This document shows positions 37,144-48,562 of a stretch of 51,970 nt of DNA, piece by piece; the stretch's first letter is position 1; every line of letters starts with the position of its first letter. Under the pieces are notes generated by a model, which did no database searches, had not been told where the DNA came from, and saw nothing but the letters and a program-made list of their open reading frames with translations. The translations under genes were made by a program, and so were the position numbers. The DNA is from Catajapyx aquilonaris (Eukaryota). The stretch lies in the NCBI GenBank assembly GCA_000934665.2, contig JYFJ02002733.1, positions 1 through 51,970 on the forward strand, read 5' to 3'.

Positions 37144-40100
37144 TCACTCCTTGGCATCGTTGACACCACCCTCAGTTATTGCAAATGTTCCCTCGCTCTC
37201 AGGAAGGTCAGGGCTGCGAAAGAAAAAAAAGTAATATAAAATTAAAATCAGTACACTAATCCTGACTTCCCTTCTGCACAGTCCAGTACATTGCATCTCT
37301 CTACCTCTATCCTGAACATGTGCAAAATTAGTTGACAGAAATTACCAATTAGGTCACTTCACTGGAATGTTGTAGTAACCTCAGGGATCGAAATATTACG
37401 ATGCAAAGTTGCAATTTGGACACCAAAATTGTCATCTGCACTCCAAACTGGGCCTTGGAGTGCAGAGTTTGCATGCCAATAGGCTCTGCTTTTAAACATG
37501 GCTACTAGAAAAACCCTCGCTATGCTCGCATTTTTCTATGGCGCAGGCGTAGAAAACCACTCGCTTCGCTTGCTTTTTTCTAGCATATTCTTAATCACTT
37601 CAGATTTATAGCCAATGTTGATGCCCATCCCCCAATCATATGCATACACCCCCGCCCGCTCCTCCGTGGATTCACATATCCGTGATTCTGTACCCTGTGA
37701 CCCATCTGCAATCCCACCTTTGCTTTGAATTGGCTGGGAAATATGCATTTTCCCACCTCAACATACCAATAATACCTTTTGAATTTAAAAAAACAAAACA
37801 ATTATTGTATGAACAGAAATTCTCAACCTCTACCCTTCTACTCACATGCACTCGCACACATGTCTAAATTACATGCACACTTTCCAACCACGTTTTTCTA
37901 ACTGGTCATAACTCCCCCCTATTATAAACGTCCATGGAACTCAGGAGTGTTAGTATTAGATGATCAAATTACTGGTTTCATTCTCCTCGACACTTTCTTT
38001 TGCCGTTCTCGACATATCCCCGGGTTCAGTGTCCTTGTAGTTGGCACCACTGATAAACAACATCCCGACCTAGCCTATGTTGGTTTGTATACGATGTTCC
38101 AATTCAACCATGTCTCCTTACCCCCTCGGTGGAAGGGTGGAGGGGTCTTCACGGGAGAGGAGATGTGTCCTTGTTGACGTCCAACAAGCGACTGTGGTGT
38201 TCTTCCACCCATGGGGCATGCTTGGAAAGGGGGCCAATCGGAGGTGTCATGGTAACAATATACGTCCAGGTAACAATGGATGGGGGCCAATCGGAATGTG
38301 GCGGTAACAACAATATGGGGGACGGACCAGAGGGCTTACACACACACCACAAGCATTTTAATATTATAGATACCCAGTAATTAAAAATTAAGCACTCCAG
38401 ATTAAAGTTGGAGTGCACACTTTGCATCTGGACAAAAATTTTAAAACTTGATCCCTGTAATCAACATACAAAAACCCTTCAGACATGTCATGTCACTTTG
38501 CTGTGCACAACATCCCCACTTACACCAAAACAACAGGCATTGATAACTATCAGAACATAGTGTTTTTACAGTAAGAGCTCCACTCACGTCAGTCAGCCAT
38601 AGTGGGAAATGGGCTTAGCTTGTGGCAGTTTGTGGGCCCACGTTATGCCTCTGTAGCTCTAATGTTATGTTATGCATATCCTAGACCAGCGGTTCCCAAC
38701 CTGGGGGTCGCGAAGCTTTTTCCGGGGGGGTCACACATGGCTGCGGTAATTTTTGTAAATTAAAAAATTACTAAGATTTATTGTAAAAACTCAAAAAATT
38801 TTATAGCAAATTTCATCGCGAAGGTTTTGTTTCAACACCTACTAACACGGGGGGTGGGTGGTGGGGGGGGGGGGGGTGTGTTGTTGAAGGTTACTTGACT
38901 ATCGTAAAAGGGGGTCGCGGCTCGGAAAAGGTTGGGAACCACTGTCTTAGACCCTGTCTGAGGAATAAATAATACCATGCCATGCCAGCTATTACCTGTC
39001 ATAAATCTTGGCAATGCGGGTCTCTCCTCGCCCTTTCCTGAGGCTTAGCCTAGTGGTGGAAGCATGGGCCAGCACGTGACCACCAACAGGCTTCTTGGGG
39101 TCAGGTGTAAAAGACATAGAAGCACCAGGATCAGAGGTCATCTGGTTGGTCAGAAACACAGCCAGGTTGAACTCTTCACTCAGCTTCTGTAGCCGAGACA
39201 AGAGCTGAGCCAGTTTCTGCTGCCTCTCAGCCAGCTCTCCCCGTCCACTGAAATCAACTCGGAAAAGAGCCATGATGCTATCCACTACCAGGAGCTTGAA
39301 CACGCCTGGTTCCTCATGACACCTTGCAGCAGCTCCTTCAAGCATCTCTTGCTGTTGCTCTGATGTGTAAGCACGTGCATACAAAATATTTTCAAGAACA
39401 GCAGTCTCGTCTAGTTGGAAGCGTCGAGCAATGGATCTCAGACGATCAGGTCGAAAGGTGTTTTCTGTATCAACAAAGATGACCTTGCCTCCAGCATAAG
39501 TGTCAGTTGGAATCTGTGCAGTCACACTCATGGTATGAGCCAGTTGGGTCTTGCCTGTGCGGAACTCACCAAATGCCTCTGTTATCGACATTGACTCAAT
39601 ACCACCTCCCAGGAGTTTACTAGAAATAAAAGAGCACAAATTTGCAATTTAAAAAGTTCCTGTAAAATACAGATAATTAAGAGCACTTTTTAAGACTTAA
39701 TTTAGATCATATCAGGTAACACACAGAGTGTTTCAGACAGATAATGACATACTTTTTGGGGAATCTTGTCCAAATCAGATGATCACTTTATATGAGGGGG
39801 TCATTTGCTATCCATCTAGTTTGAGTTCTTGAAAAATACTTTTTATGACGTAAGGAATGTCATTAATATGCAACACTATCCATGCAATTTTGGTGCCAAT
39901 TGAGGTGACTACATTTTAGAAATGATTTCATTGAATATACAGAAGGTATGTAAAGAAGGCTACAAATTTGACAATGGCATGAATAAAGTTGGATATATAA
40001 AAAACTACAACCTAACTCCTCAGCCTATTGTATACCAGGACAATTTGGAGGGTACATCAAATGAATGATTTAAAAGAGCTATAAAAAAATCCAACTGCCT

Positions 40101-41432
40101 TGGATTCTGATTAAGAGACACATTTGCAGCCTTACATGTCGCTCATAACTTCAGGCAGATTGTTGATCAGTGGGGAAGTGAGTCAGACAGTGGTTTTGCA
40201 AAGTTGACAGAGCCTATTCCAACGTAAACCAAGAAGGGAAAGATTCGCTTTTTTAAGTATCAAAAGGACAAACCCACCAAAATTTGCCACATTATGCAGT
40301 ACACTACAGATAAACCATGCATCTCAAGTTCATTATTTTGCATCTAGAGTGTAAATCATTCGTCATCCATGAATGACATACAGGTCACCCACACTCAAAC
40401 AATTACTTCAGTTGTCGTCATGATATGATGATGTATTGTGATTTAATTAAATTCCTGCATTTAAGTGGTGAAACACTTTATGCCAGCCTGCAGGAGGAGT
40501 CACTTGACCAACAATCTTGTGTTCACAAAAGCACATACACGTTTGCACGTATGAAAAAACTGACAATTCATGAACATATCTGCACCACATTGGCACCCAA
40601 CCTCAAGGAATCATGCAGCACCCCAAAACTATCCTGACCCTATACCAGCACCAACATGACACTAATGAATAATAATCAATTGGAAGCATTACAATAAAAC
40701 GACTGCTTCAATCACTCATTGCTTTACAGAACAGCATCACCAACACCCAGCTGTTCCCTTAACGACAAAGGACGTGATCCCCTATTCAACAGAGACCATT
40801 TCTTCCACTACCGTTACGACCAAGGGGGAGCGTTATCTCACTTGCCTGTCGATGGCCACCCTCTCACAGTCTGTAATGCATTGTTCCTTGGTCCATGCAC
40901 CGCCTTCTTTGCATGAGACTACCTTCTCACCCCTCACCTGGCCTGAGACGCAGGACCTCGGTTGGTTGAACCTAGATTTGGAAGTGGCCCACTTCAAAGG
41001 TGCATGTGTAAATAATCACAATTTCCCACCGAAGCAGTTTGGTGGAGTGGATAAGGTGTTCAACTCCTAATCGGGAGGTCCTGGGTTCGAGTCCCGGGGC
41101 CGGTGATCCTAACCATGGTTTTCTGTGGTTTCCCACAGTCCCCCTAGGTGAATTCCGGGATTGCTTCCTAAATAATAGGCCACTGCTGATTCCTTCCTAT
41201 CCTTGTCCCGTCCATGAGGAGGTGCGGTGTCGATGGGGGTGTCTGATCCACATCTAGTGGGTCATCATGGCGAACGGGCCCCCTGAGGGACTGCACACGA
41301 CCCCCACCATGAGACATTACACTTGCACCAGTGTCCCCCCTCATTATCCCTATCCTGTCACCTGCACCGGATGGTGGTATTCCACTCCCCTAAGAGGGCC
41401 TAGGGCCCTAGCACGGGGTACAACACCAACAA

Positions 41433-41470
<38 letters not shown>

Positions 41471-42607
41471 CAATTTCCCACTTAAAGTCAGGAATTTTAT
41501 AGAATCACAATACATCAACATATCATGACGACAACTGAAGTGATTGTTTGAGTGAGGGTGACCTATGCTCATGATGTCCTTGATGACATGCGTAATCGCA
41601 TGCAGTTTTCTCTGCAACTGTTAATGTGACATGAAGCAAGTTTTTCAGTTAATTTCACTTGCAGGATGACTGTGGTCCTATCTTTAATTTCACTCCTTGA
41701 ACCCCAGCCACGCCTCGGATCCCTCACCCCATCTCCCGTCTCCAATTTCCAAATTTGTGTCCTCTACCTAAGCGAGGAGTCACCTGGGCTGTTTGAATTT
41801 TGCACGTCCCTGCCCTCCTGCTGTGACATGGCCAGCCCTGTGTAGTGTGTAGCCAGCTCATCCTGTATCTCCGGGAGGGAAGATTCTGGCCGGCTGCCAA
41901 TCGTTTTTCGCCAGTACTTTCGTACCAACACTACTTTCACATGACATATATACAGCTGATAAGCATGCATGGGATGCATGAAGCCCATAAATTGTTCTTG
42001 CATTCCCCAATAAATGTCCTGAGTTTTGTCCATTTGATGCAAAAAAATTAGTAACTCATTCATACCCCTCTATTTTTAGACAGCTCCTGTCGACCAGCTG
42101 CCCCTATTGTTGAGCACCACACAAGTATTCAAATTGCATTTTAAACAATACTTTAAAATTTTATGGCATTTTAAAACTGTTCATAATTATGTGCAGCAAT
42201 ACTTACTCTAGTTCAGAACTTCCTGTTGACAACTTGAAAATGTGTCGTCGCTTCTCAGAAGCTACCAAGGCAGTGACAAATGCGCCAGAAGTCATCTTGG
42301 CACATGCCTCCTTTATCTTGTCCACCTTGGCATCTGACAGGCCTTTGATGTTTCCCATGCGCTTGCGAGTCGTCATCTGGACACCCTTCACTGTGCAAAC
42401 GCCAGCTGCCTTCAGCTTCTTAATATCAGCAACATTCTGGAAATTTTGTTTTCATTAGATGGGGTTTTAATACCAAAACTGTCACGCAAGATAGATTATT
42501 ATTACAATTCCATGTTGCTGCAGGATGTCAATGTCCTGAAACAAGGACTCGTCATCATCAGCCTCGAAGCCACTTGTTCCAGACACAACTTGATCTTCTC
42601 CATGCAT
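37144..42607 (-). CDS. DMC1: Meiotic recombinase DMC1; complement(join(37144..37213,38996..39619,42207..42436,42506..42607))
   Basis: [44 protein letters not shown] (Walker A), [39 protein letters not shown]. These are DMC1-type rather than RAD51-type residues; 341 aa. Confidence 0.96.
37505..38370 (-). mobile_element. Non-autonomous Helitron in DMC1 intron 3
   Basis: Minus strand starts A|TCtataatattaaaatg and ends gcgagcatagcgagggtttttCTAG|T. A second, internal 3'-end-like motif lies at ~37549-37584. Confidence 0.75.
38687..38944. mobile_element. hAT (Charlie-like) MITE
   Basis: TIR cagcggttcccaacct / aggttgggaaccactg; 8-bp TSD tcctagac (38679-38686) / tcttagac (38945-38952). Confidence 0.88.
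40382..41564. mobile_element. TIR element with ~90-bp inverted repeats, interrupted by a SINE
   Basis: aggtcacccacactcaaacaattacttcagttgtcgtcatgatatg / catatcatgacgacaactgaagtgattgtttgagtgagggtgacct. Confidence 0.7.
41030..41469 (+). mobile_element. tRNA-derived SINE (family B, full length) with (CAA)n and (AT)n tail
   Basis: Box A tggtggagtgga and box B ggttcgagtccc; 12-bp TSD acaatttcccac at 41018-41029 and 41470-41481. Confidence 0.9.
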
Positions 42608-43891
42608 GTTTAATCTGAAAATGTAAATCATACTGATTGAGCCACAGCTCACATACACCTGTCTTCTCAATATTCCAGGTAAAAATTGATGGCCCCATGT
42701 TTAGCATGCAATCATGTGGGTAAAGCAGTGCATGTTATTTACTCTTTTTTTTGCAATGATTCTATGATATTAAGAAACTGCAGACTACTGCAGACTGAAA
42801 ACCTTCAAAGCTGCACATTAATATAATAAATTTCACTGCATGCAATGTACTCAATAATTAATTTTCATCCCACATGATGCAAGACTGGACAACCCTCGGG
42901 ATAACCTTAAGAAAGAGCCTGTAAGATTGTGCAGAAAAGTTCTAAAGGGGGGAAGGGAGGGCATTATACACGCCCCTTCGCCCTCCCCCTTCCCCCAGAA
43001 AAAATTGACCCTATTCCCTATCAATTATTCCTTCCCGCCTTTTCCCTACTCCAGCTACAACTGGGCTTGCAACTTATAGACAGCCTTCCAGAGGTCCAGC
43101 CCTCGACCAACAGGCCCACCCACTAGATTCTAGACGATGCTAGTACTGTCGGCCTCGTCTTCCGCTATGCCCCAAGAGGAACATATGGGTCACTGACCTC
43201 AGGCTTCCCCGCACTTACTTCAGAATTTCCACAATATGTGTCCTCAAGGGTATTATCCAAGCCCGTTGAGACACTCTGCATGTCCCCCGCCCTACTCACC
43301 TTGGTTTCTCCTGCCGAAGCACCCGACAACTCTCAATATTCGAGATGGGAAGCACAGAACACGAACAGCGAACTCAGCTAACCTGCCGACTTCTGTCACC
43401 TTTTTGGCGGGAAACTGAGCTAGGCCGAGTACATCCGGTTTCCGCTAGGGTCGCCCCCTCCCTCCCGTGGCCTTGCTTCCGCCCACTTCTGCCATCTGTC
43501 CTCAGAATATGCAACCACTACCCATGAAGAACATGTAAATAAAATATTTACACTACAGGCCACTGGCTATTCTGTGAATTATAAAATTAATAAATATTTA
43601 CATGCAATTACTTCAGATGTAAGTTGTCATTGACGAGATGGTGTGGGAGTGTCTGAACCTGGCACCCTTGACCGGCACAAAACGGCGTGGTTGCGTCGCC
43701 ACTCGCTAGGACTGGGAGATTGTAGTGAGAAGAAGAAGAGAGTAGCCGCTGTCCGTCCGTCCGTCGACGACCATTGATTCACGCCTTTGCCCGTAGCCTC
43801 CGTGAAGTGGCAGCCCCCGGCCTGTCGCAGAGAGGACCTCTCACTCCACACTCATAGTTCACCGCGTTTCATTCACACGCAATCAGTTGTC

Positions 43892-44962
43892 ATGGTGAGT
43901 TTGGGTGTCGCTACAGACCTGCCTCGAGGCTGTTGGGGAAACAAAAGGTCGCAGTGAAGGTAACTCGTGGTGGGTTGCTGCACCACAAATTAATCTACCC
44001 TTTAGGTACGGTGATGATGCTGCATGCACCATTACATTATTTACACAATGGCTGAGGTAGTGGCCTGTAGTTGCGGTGATATGAAGCTGATAGCCATTGC
44101 ACATGCAAAGAATCCCCACATTTTTTGAGTACTGTAATTAAAGAATCGCTCTCCCAAAATTATGGCTTGGTATTGTAATTTTGAAACGTCACATAAAGTT
44201 GTTCAGAAATGTGGCTGATTGAAGCCTAATTTTCTCTGTCAAAGATAAGACATGAATTTTCAACATTGGAAATGGACAAGGGTACATAACCCCATTTTAA
44301 AGCAAAGTAGTAAACTCATGACTGCTAATTGTAGAGAATGTAGTGTTCAATAATCTTAGTTCTCGAGGTGTAATTGACTTGTGATGTAATTGTCAAGGTT
44401 ATTGCAGGGAATATGTTAAGAAGTTAAACTAGTCCTTGCAAGCTTCATGATCTGGTTAAAAACTCCTGAGAACAGCAAAGGTATTGCATTCCAAGATTTT
44501 TGAGTGATCATGATCTGATTTCAGGGTGAAGAAGTCAACCCCAAAGCATATCCCCTGGCAGATGCAACCCTGACCACCAAGATCCTCAATCTGGTGCAAC
44601 AAGCATGCAACTACAAGCAACTCAAGAAGGGTGCTAATGAAGGTGAGTGCATCTTATTTTTATGTGATTTTCAAAGACTAATGTGGACTGATATTGCAGC
44701 TACCAAGACTCTCAATCGTGGACTGGCTGAATTCATTGTGATGGCAGCTGATGCTGAGCCACTGGAGATCTTGCTTCATCTACCCCTGTTATGTGAAGAC
44801 AAGAACGTGCCATATGTATTTGTGCGTTCTAAGGCTGCCCTAGGGCGTGCTTGTGGTGTGTCTCGCCCAGTCATTGCATGCTCTGTAACAATTAATGAGG
44901 GCTCCCAGTTGAAGCCTCAGATTCAGTCAATCCAGCAGGAGATTGAGAAACTCCTCATTTAA
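43892..44962 (+). CDS. SNU13: SNU13/NHP2L1 (15.5K, L7Ae family); join(43892..43894,44525..44642,44700..44962)
   Basis: ATG|gtgagt first coding exon; [47 protein letters not shown]...[45 protein letters not shown]...IEKLLI*. Confidence 0.97.
44006..44056 (+). promoter_or_regulatory. Candidate box C/D-flanked poison cassette exon in SNU13 intron 1
   Basis: ctaccctttAG|gtacg-GTGATGA(44011-44017)...ccatt...aatgg-CTGA(44052-44055)g|GTagt. Spliced to the ATG exon it reads ATG GTA CGG TGA TGA. Confidence 0.45.
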
Positions 44963-46234
44963 ATGTGACATTAAACATGAATTCATTCCCTTTGTATGTC
45001 TTGAGAATCTTTCATTTAAAGTTCTTGCATGTATAACCTATTCCTCTTGAACAGACACATTCCCCTTCAGAAATACTCGTATTACCAAGGAGGAATGGAG
45101 GAGTGAGTCGGGCCACAGTTACATATTGTTGTGGTTGGGTAAATGCTGCCTAGCGTCTCAATAAAGCTGCGGTACTTAAACTGCTCACTGAGTCTAACTG
45201 AGGGGTTCACCTGGGGCCTTTACTGCAGCAATAATTGATATTTTGTGACTGTATTAGACGCTGTCCTCCCCAGAGCATGTTGCCAGATGTATTAGAATGG
45301 ACGCAAGCAAAGTGGGAGCTGGGAACTTATGTATTTTTTCACACCTGAATTGTCCTAAGCATAGGTAGGTGTTCTTGTAAACTGTAGGCCACTTGCTTAC
45401 ACCCAGCTGGCAAAGCTGGCCCCAAACACAATATGACAATGAGCAACCTGGGCCTAGATGTGACTTTCATTGTAATGCATCCAAACTGCCCATCGTCCCA
45501 ATATTTTTTCCAGATTCAGAGGGCAAAGAAACGTCGTGAATTTTACCAGTTAGGGGGTCAATGTTGGGTGCTGCAGTGCATTCTTACGGCCAATTTGTAA
45601 ATGATCAAACTGTAATGACAATTCCTTGGCTAGTTGCCTGCACCCCTGCGGGTAGAATTCAGAATGGGTCATGGCTTTGGCAACATGGAAATGAAGGAGC
45701 GGTAGGCTGCAGGGAAACTTTTACCAGAGCATTACCCACACCTACACTGCCATCTGGGAGTGGATTCCCTGTACTAAATACTATTTCACTACATAGGTTT
45801 GGATGATGGGGTTACTTATTTTTGACAAAAAGTGGACCTTGAGCATTCTTCCCCAGAGGTCTTCATAAAGCAGCTAACTCTTTGAGAACAACAAACATTG
45901 TCATAGCACTGCATTCATTTGGGGTCTGAAATGTGGTGTAGCTATATGGTTACCTCTGGAGATGTTTTTGTTGCTGTCCTGTTTCCAGCCATATGTTGGC
46001 CTGATATCTAGTAACAATTTTCTACTTTGTAATATGATTGTTATTGGGGAACTTTCATGGATTTTTGGCATGCGTTATGGTTCTCCTTCACATTACCAGA
46101 TACGGTTGTCACTTTACATGCTTTATTTTTGTGGGGTTTTCCAGTGTGATGTGAACAAATTGTCACATTCACTTTAATAAGAGTTTTCCATGAAAAAATA
46201 AGAGAACCAGTACATTTTACAATTGGAATGAGAA

Positions 46235-48164
46235 TCACAGCTTGAAGATTGGTAGGGCATTGATCCAGCATTGATGCCAACCAAGCAGCCGGAAGTCTTG
46301 GAGGTTGTTCCTGAACTTCTGGTGCATGTTTGGCTCTTTGAACCAGAGTATTATTTGATCCGCAAGTTGATCAGAGTCTTTGAACACCAGTCCATTACAG
46401 TCGTGCCTCACCAGCTCTGGCAATGCAGGAAACTCCAGAGCACAGACAGGTAGTCCACAGCCAAACATGTCAACAACTTTCATGGGAAGGTCCAGTCCAC
46501 TTGTTGATGTGTGAAGTGAGACTCCAAGGTCAGCCAGTGCCAACAACTTTGGATAATCTTCAGGTGGAAGCCACGGCGTTTCCACCTTGATGTGCTTCCA
46601 ACCCTGATCATCTACAAGTCGACAGTAGTGCTCTTTCAGTGGACCTTTACCAGTTATTACGCACAAGAGTGGTGGTAAGCTTGGGTTGGTGTCCTTGGCT
46701 TCCTCATAATGTTGGAGTGCTTCAAGCAAAACTCCAAAATCTTCATCTTCAGTCCAGCTTGTTCCAGATACAAGCAATCCTGGTGTTGGTTTGTTGAGGA
46801 GTCCTGGAATCAAATCTGCCAGATGCGCTTGTACAGCATTTCGCTCATTATCTTCAAGTGGCTTGAAATGTGATGGTGGACGATCGTAGAGTACCTGCGA
46901 AATTATAAGAGGTTGTAGTCGCAACACCAAATTTTGCAAAGCACAGTGAATACTTTCCATAAAATAGAGTAACTGTATAACCACATAAGTTCCTACAAAA
47001 CAAATAAATACATGAGGGTACTGAGCCACCTTTGCAACACCATTTACTTCTTAGGGAGAAAACACACACTTCCAAGTTGCACCAGTGCAGGTAGACCTTG
47101 GACTAGGACGTTTCCTGATTGATTTATGAAAGGATGGATTTGTTATGAGTTATGAAAGAATGTATCAAGAATATACACTCTCAGTTGATGGTCTACGTTG
47201 TCCAATCAGGTCTAAAGAGATCAGCAGGGTGATCACATTCAAGTTTAAATTTTGAGAAGCCCACAATTTGCACATGTAACTTTGAAATACTGCCACAAAC
47301 TCATGGGATGCATGTTATAAAATTTTCAAATGAAAAGATCAATATATTGCATAACTCTTCATTTACTGGGTGCTGTAAGTTACCTGTGCATTTATTCCCC
47401 AGCGAGCATGCAGATTCTCCCTCATGGCTTTGGTCACACACAAATGCGCATGGGCAGTGCGTCCAAAAGCCCCTTCATACCACCGCATGACCCTCACAGC
47501 AACGCTTTCCTTTCCTGGAGGCTGGCCTTGCCCCAAAACACTGAAGCCATAGTTGTGCCAGTCCACCACCAAGCGACCTCTCAAGACAAGGCAAAAGAAG
47601 CGGCAAGCCGCAATGGCCGGGAGTCCCGGAGGATTCTGCACCAAAGTCACATGTGGAACACTCATCCAGGGCAGCCAGATGAGGAGCGTTGCAAGCTGCC
47701 ACACTGCTTTCAAGATCAGTGCAGCAATACGTGGCAGACCTGAAAATTAAACTATTATTAGACTTTTGTCCGGTACCTGCTACTAAATAATGCTCTGCTT
47801 GCAAACCGGGAAATTTCTGTTAATTTTCCTGAACTCTACAACATGACTGTGCTTGGACCTTCTTAGTGTCAACCAGTTTCCTCCCGCTTCCAAAACAATG
47901 CAATGTCATCTGATTCGCCTCTACGTCAAGTGCGAGTAACTCACGTTGTATGAATGCAGGAGGCTGCGGTACGTGCACTGGACGTATCCTTTCATTCCCG
48001 GCCACCGACGGGAAGAGCTCGGAGCCTGAGTATCCGACCAGGTCTACCCGAAACCCTTCTGTGGCCAGTGACTGCGCGTGGTACTGCATCCGTGGGCTCC
48101 TTCCCAGGTCGCCCAGCACCACCACGCACGCCCGGAGATCCGCCTCGTCCTTGGTCCCAGACAT
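46235..48164 (-). CDS. ALG1: Chitobiosyldiphosphodolichol beta-mannosyltransferase; complement(join(46235..46894,47384..47739,47945..48164))
   Basis: VVVLGDLGRSPRMQYHA, LVQNPPGLP, DWHNYG, VLYDRP, TSWTEDEDFGVLL, ITGKGPLK, LGVSLHTSTSGLDLPMKVVDMFGCGLPV. Confidence 0.96.
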
Positions 48165-48562
48165 CTCTATCCTCAGTCTCTATATCGGCGTGCAGAGGCT
48201 GCGTTTGTCCGTGTCAAAGGGCAGCCGGGCAGTGAGGAAACGTCACCAGCGGTGGAGCACTGGAGGCAGCCATCTTGCCAGAGGGAGCAGCGCAATCCCG
48301 CCATCTGTCGGCGGAAGAGGGGAGCTGCTCATCTTATTGTGCCTGCCTGCTTGGTTGTTTCGTCTTTCGTCCTAATCTGGATGGGGTCAGGGTTCAACTC
48401 GTGACCTTCCATTACTGCTGTCCCTTCAGCCTGCTTGTTCTGCAATAGCCTGTGGTAGAGGAGGGGAGCACATCCGTCCTTCGAAACGAGCACAATATTG
48501 CTGGGCATGTCTGCTGCCTGATACCACCACCAGCAGCAGCAGAAGGATCGAGAGGGGACGTC
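48165..48562. promoter_or_regulatory. Bidirectional promoter ALG1/ANKRD54
   Basis: 398 bp between the divergent ATGs; GC-rich; YY1-like gccatcttg (48269-48277) and cgccatctg (~48299). Confidence 0.6.

Noticed and set aside
38992..39639. RAD51 assignment
   Set aside because: [29 protein letters not shown] and GGHVLAHAS are DMC1-type residues.
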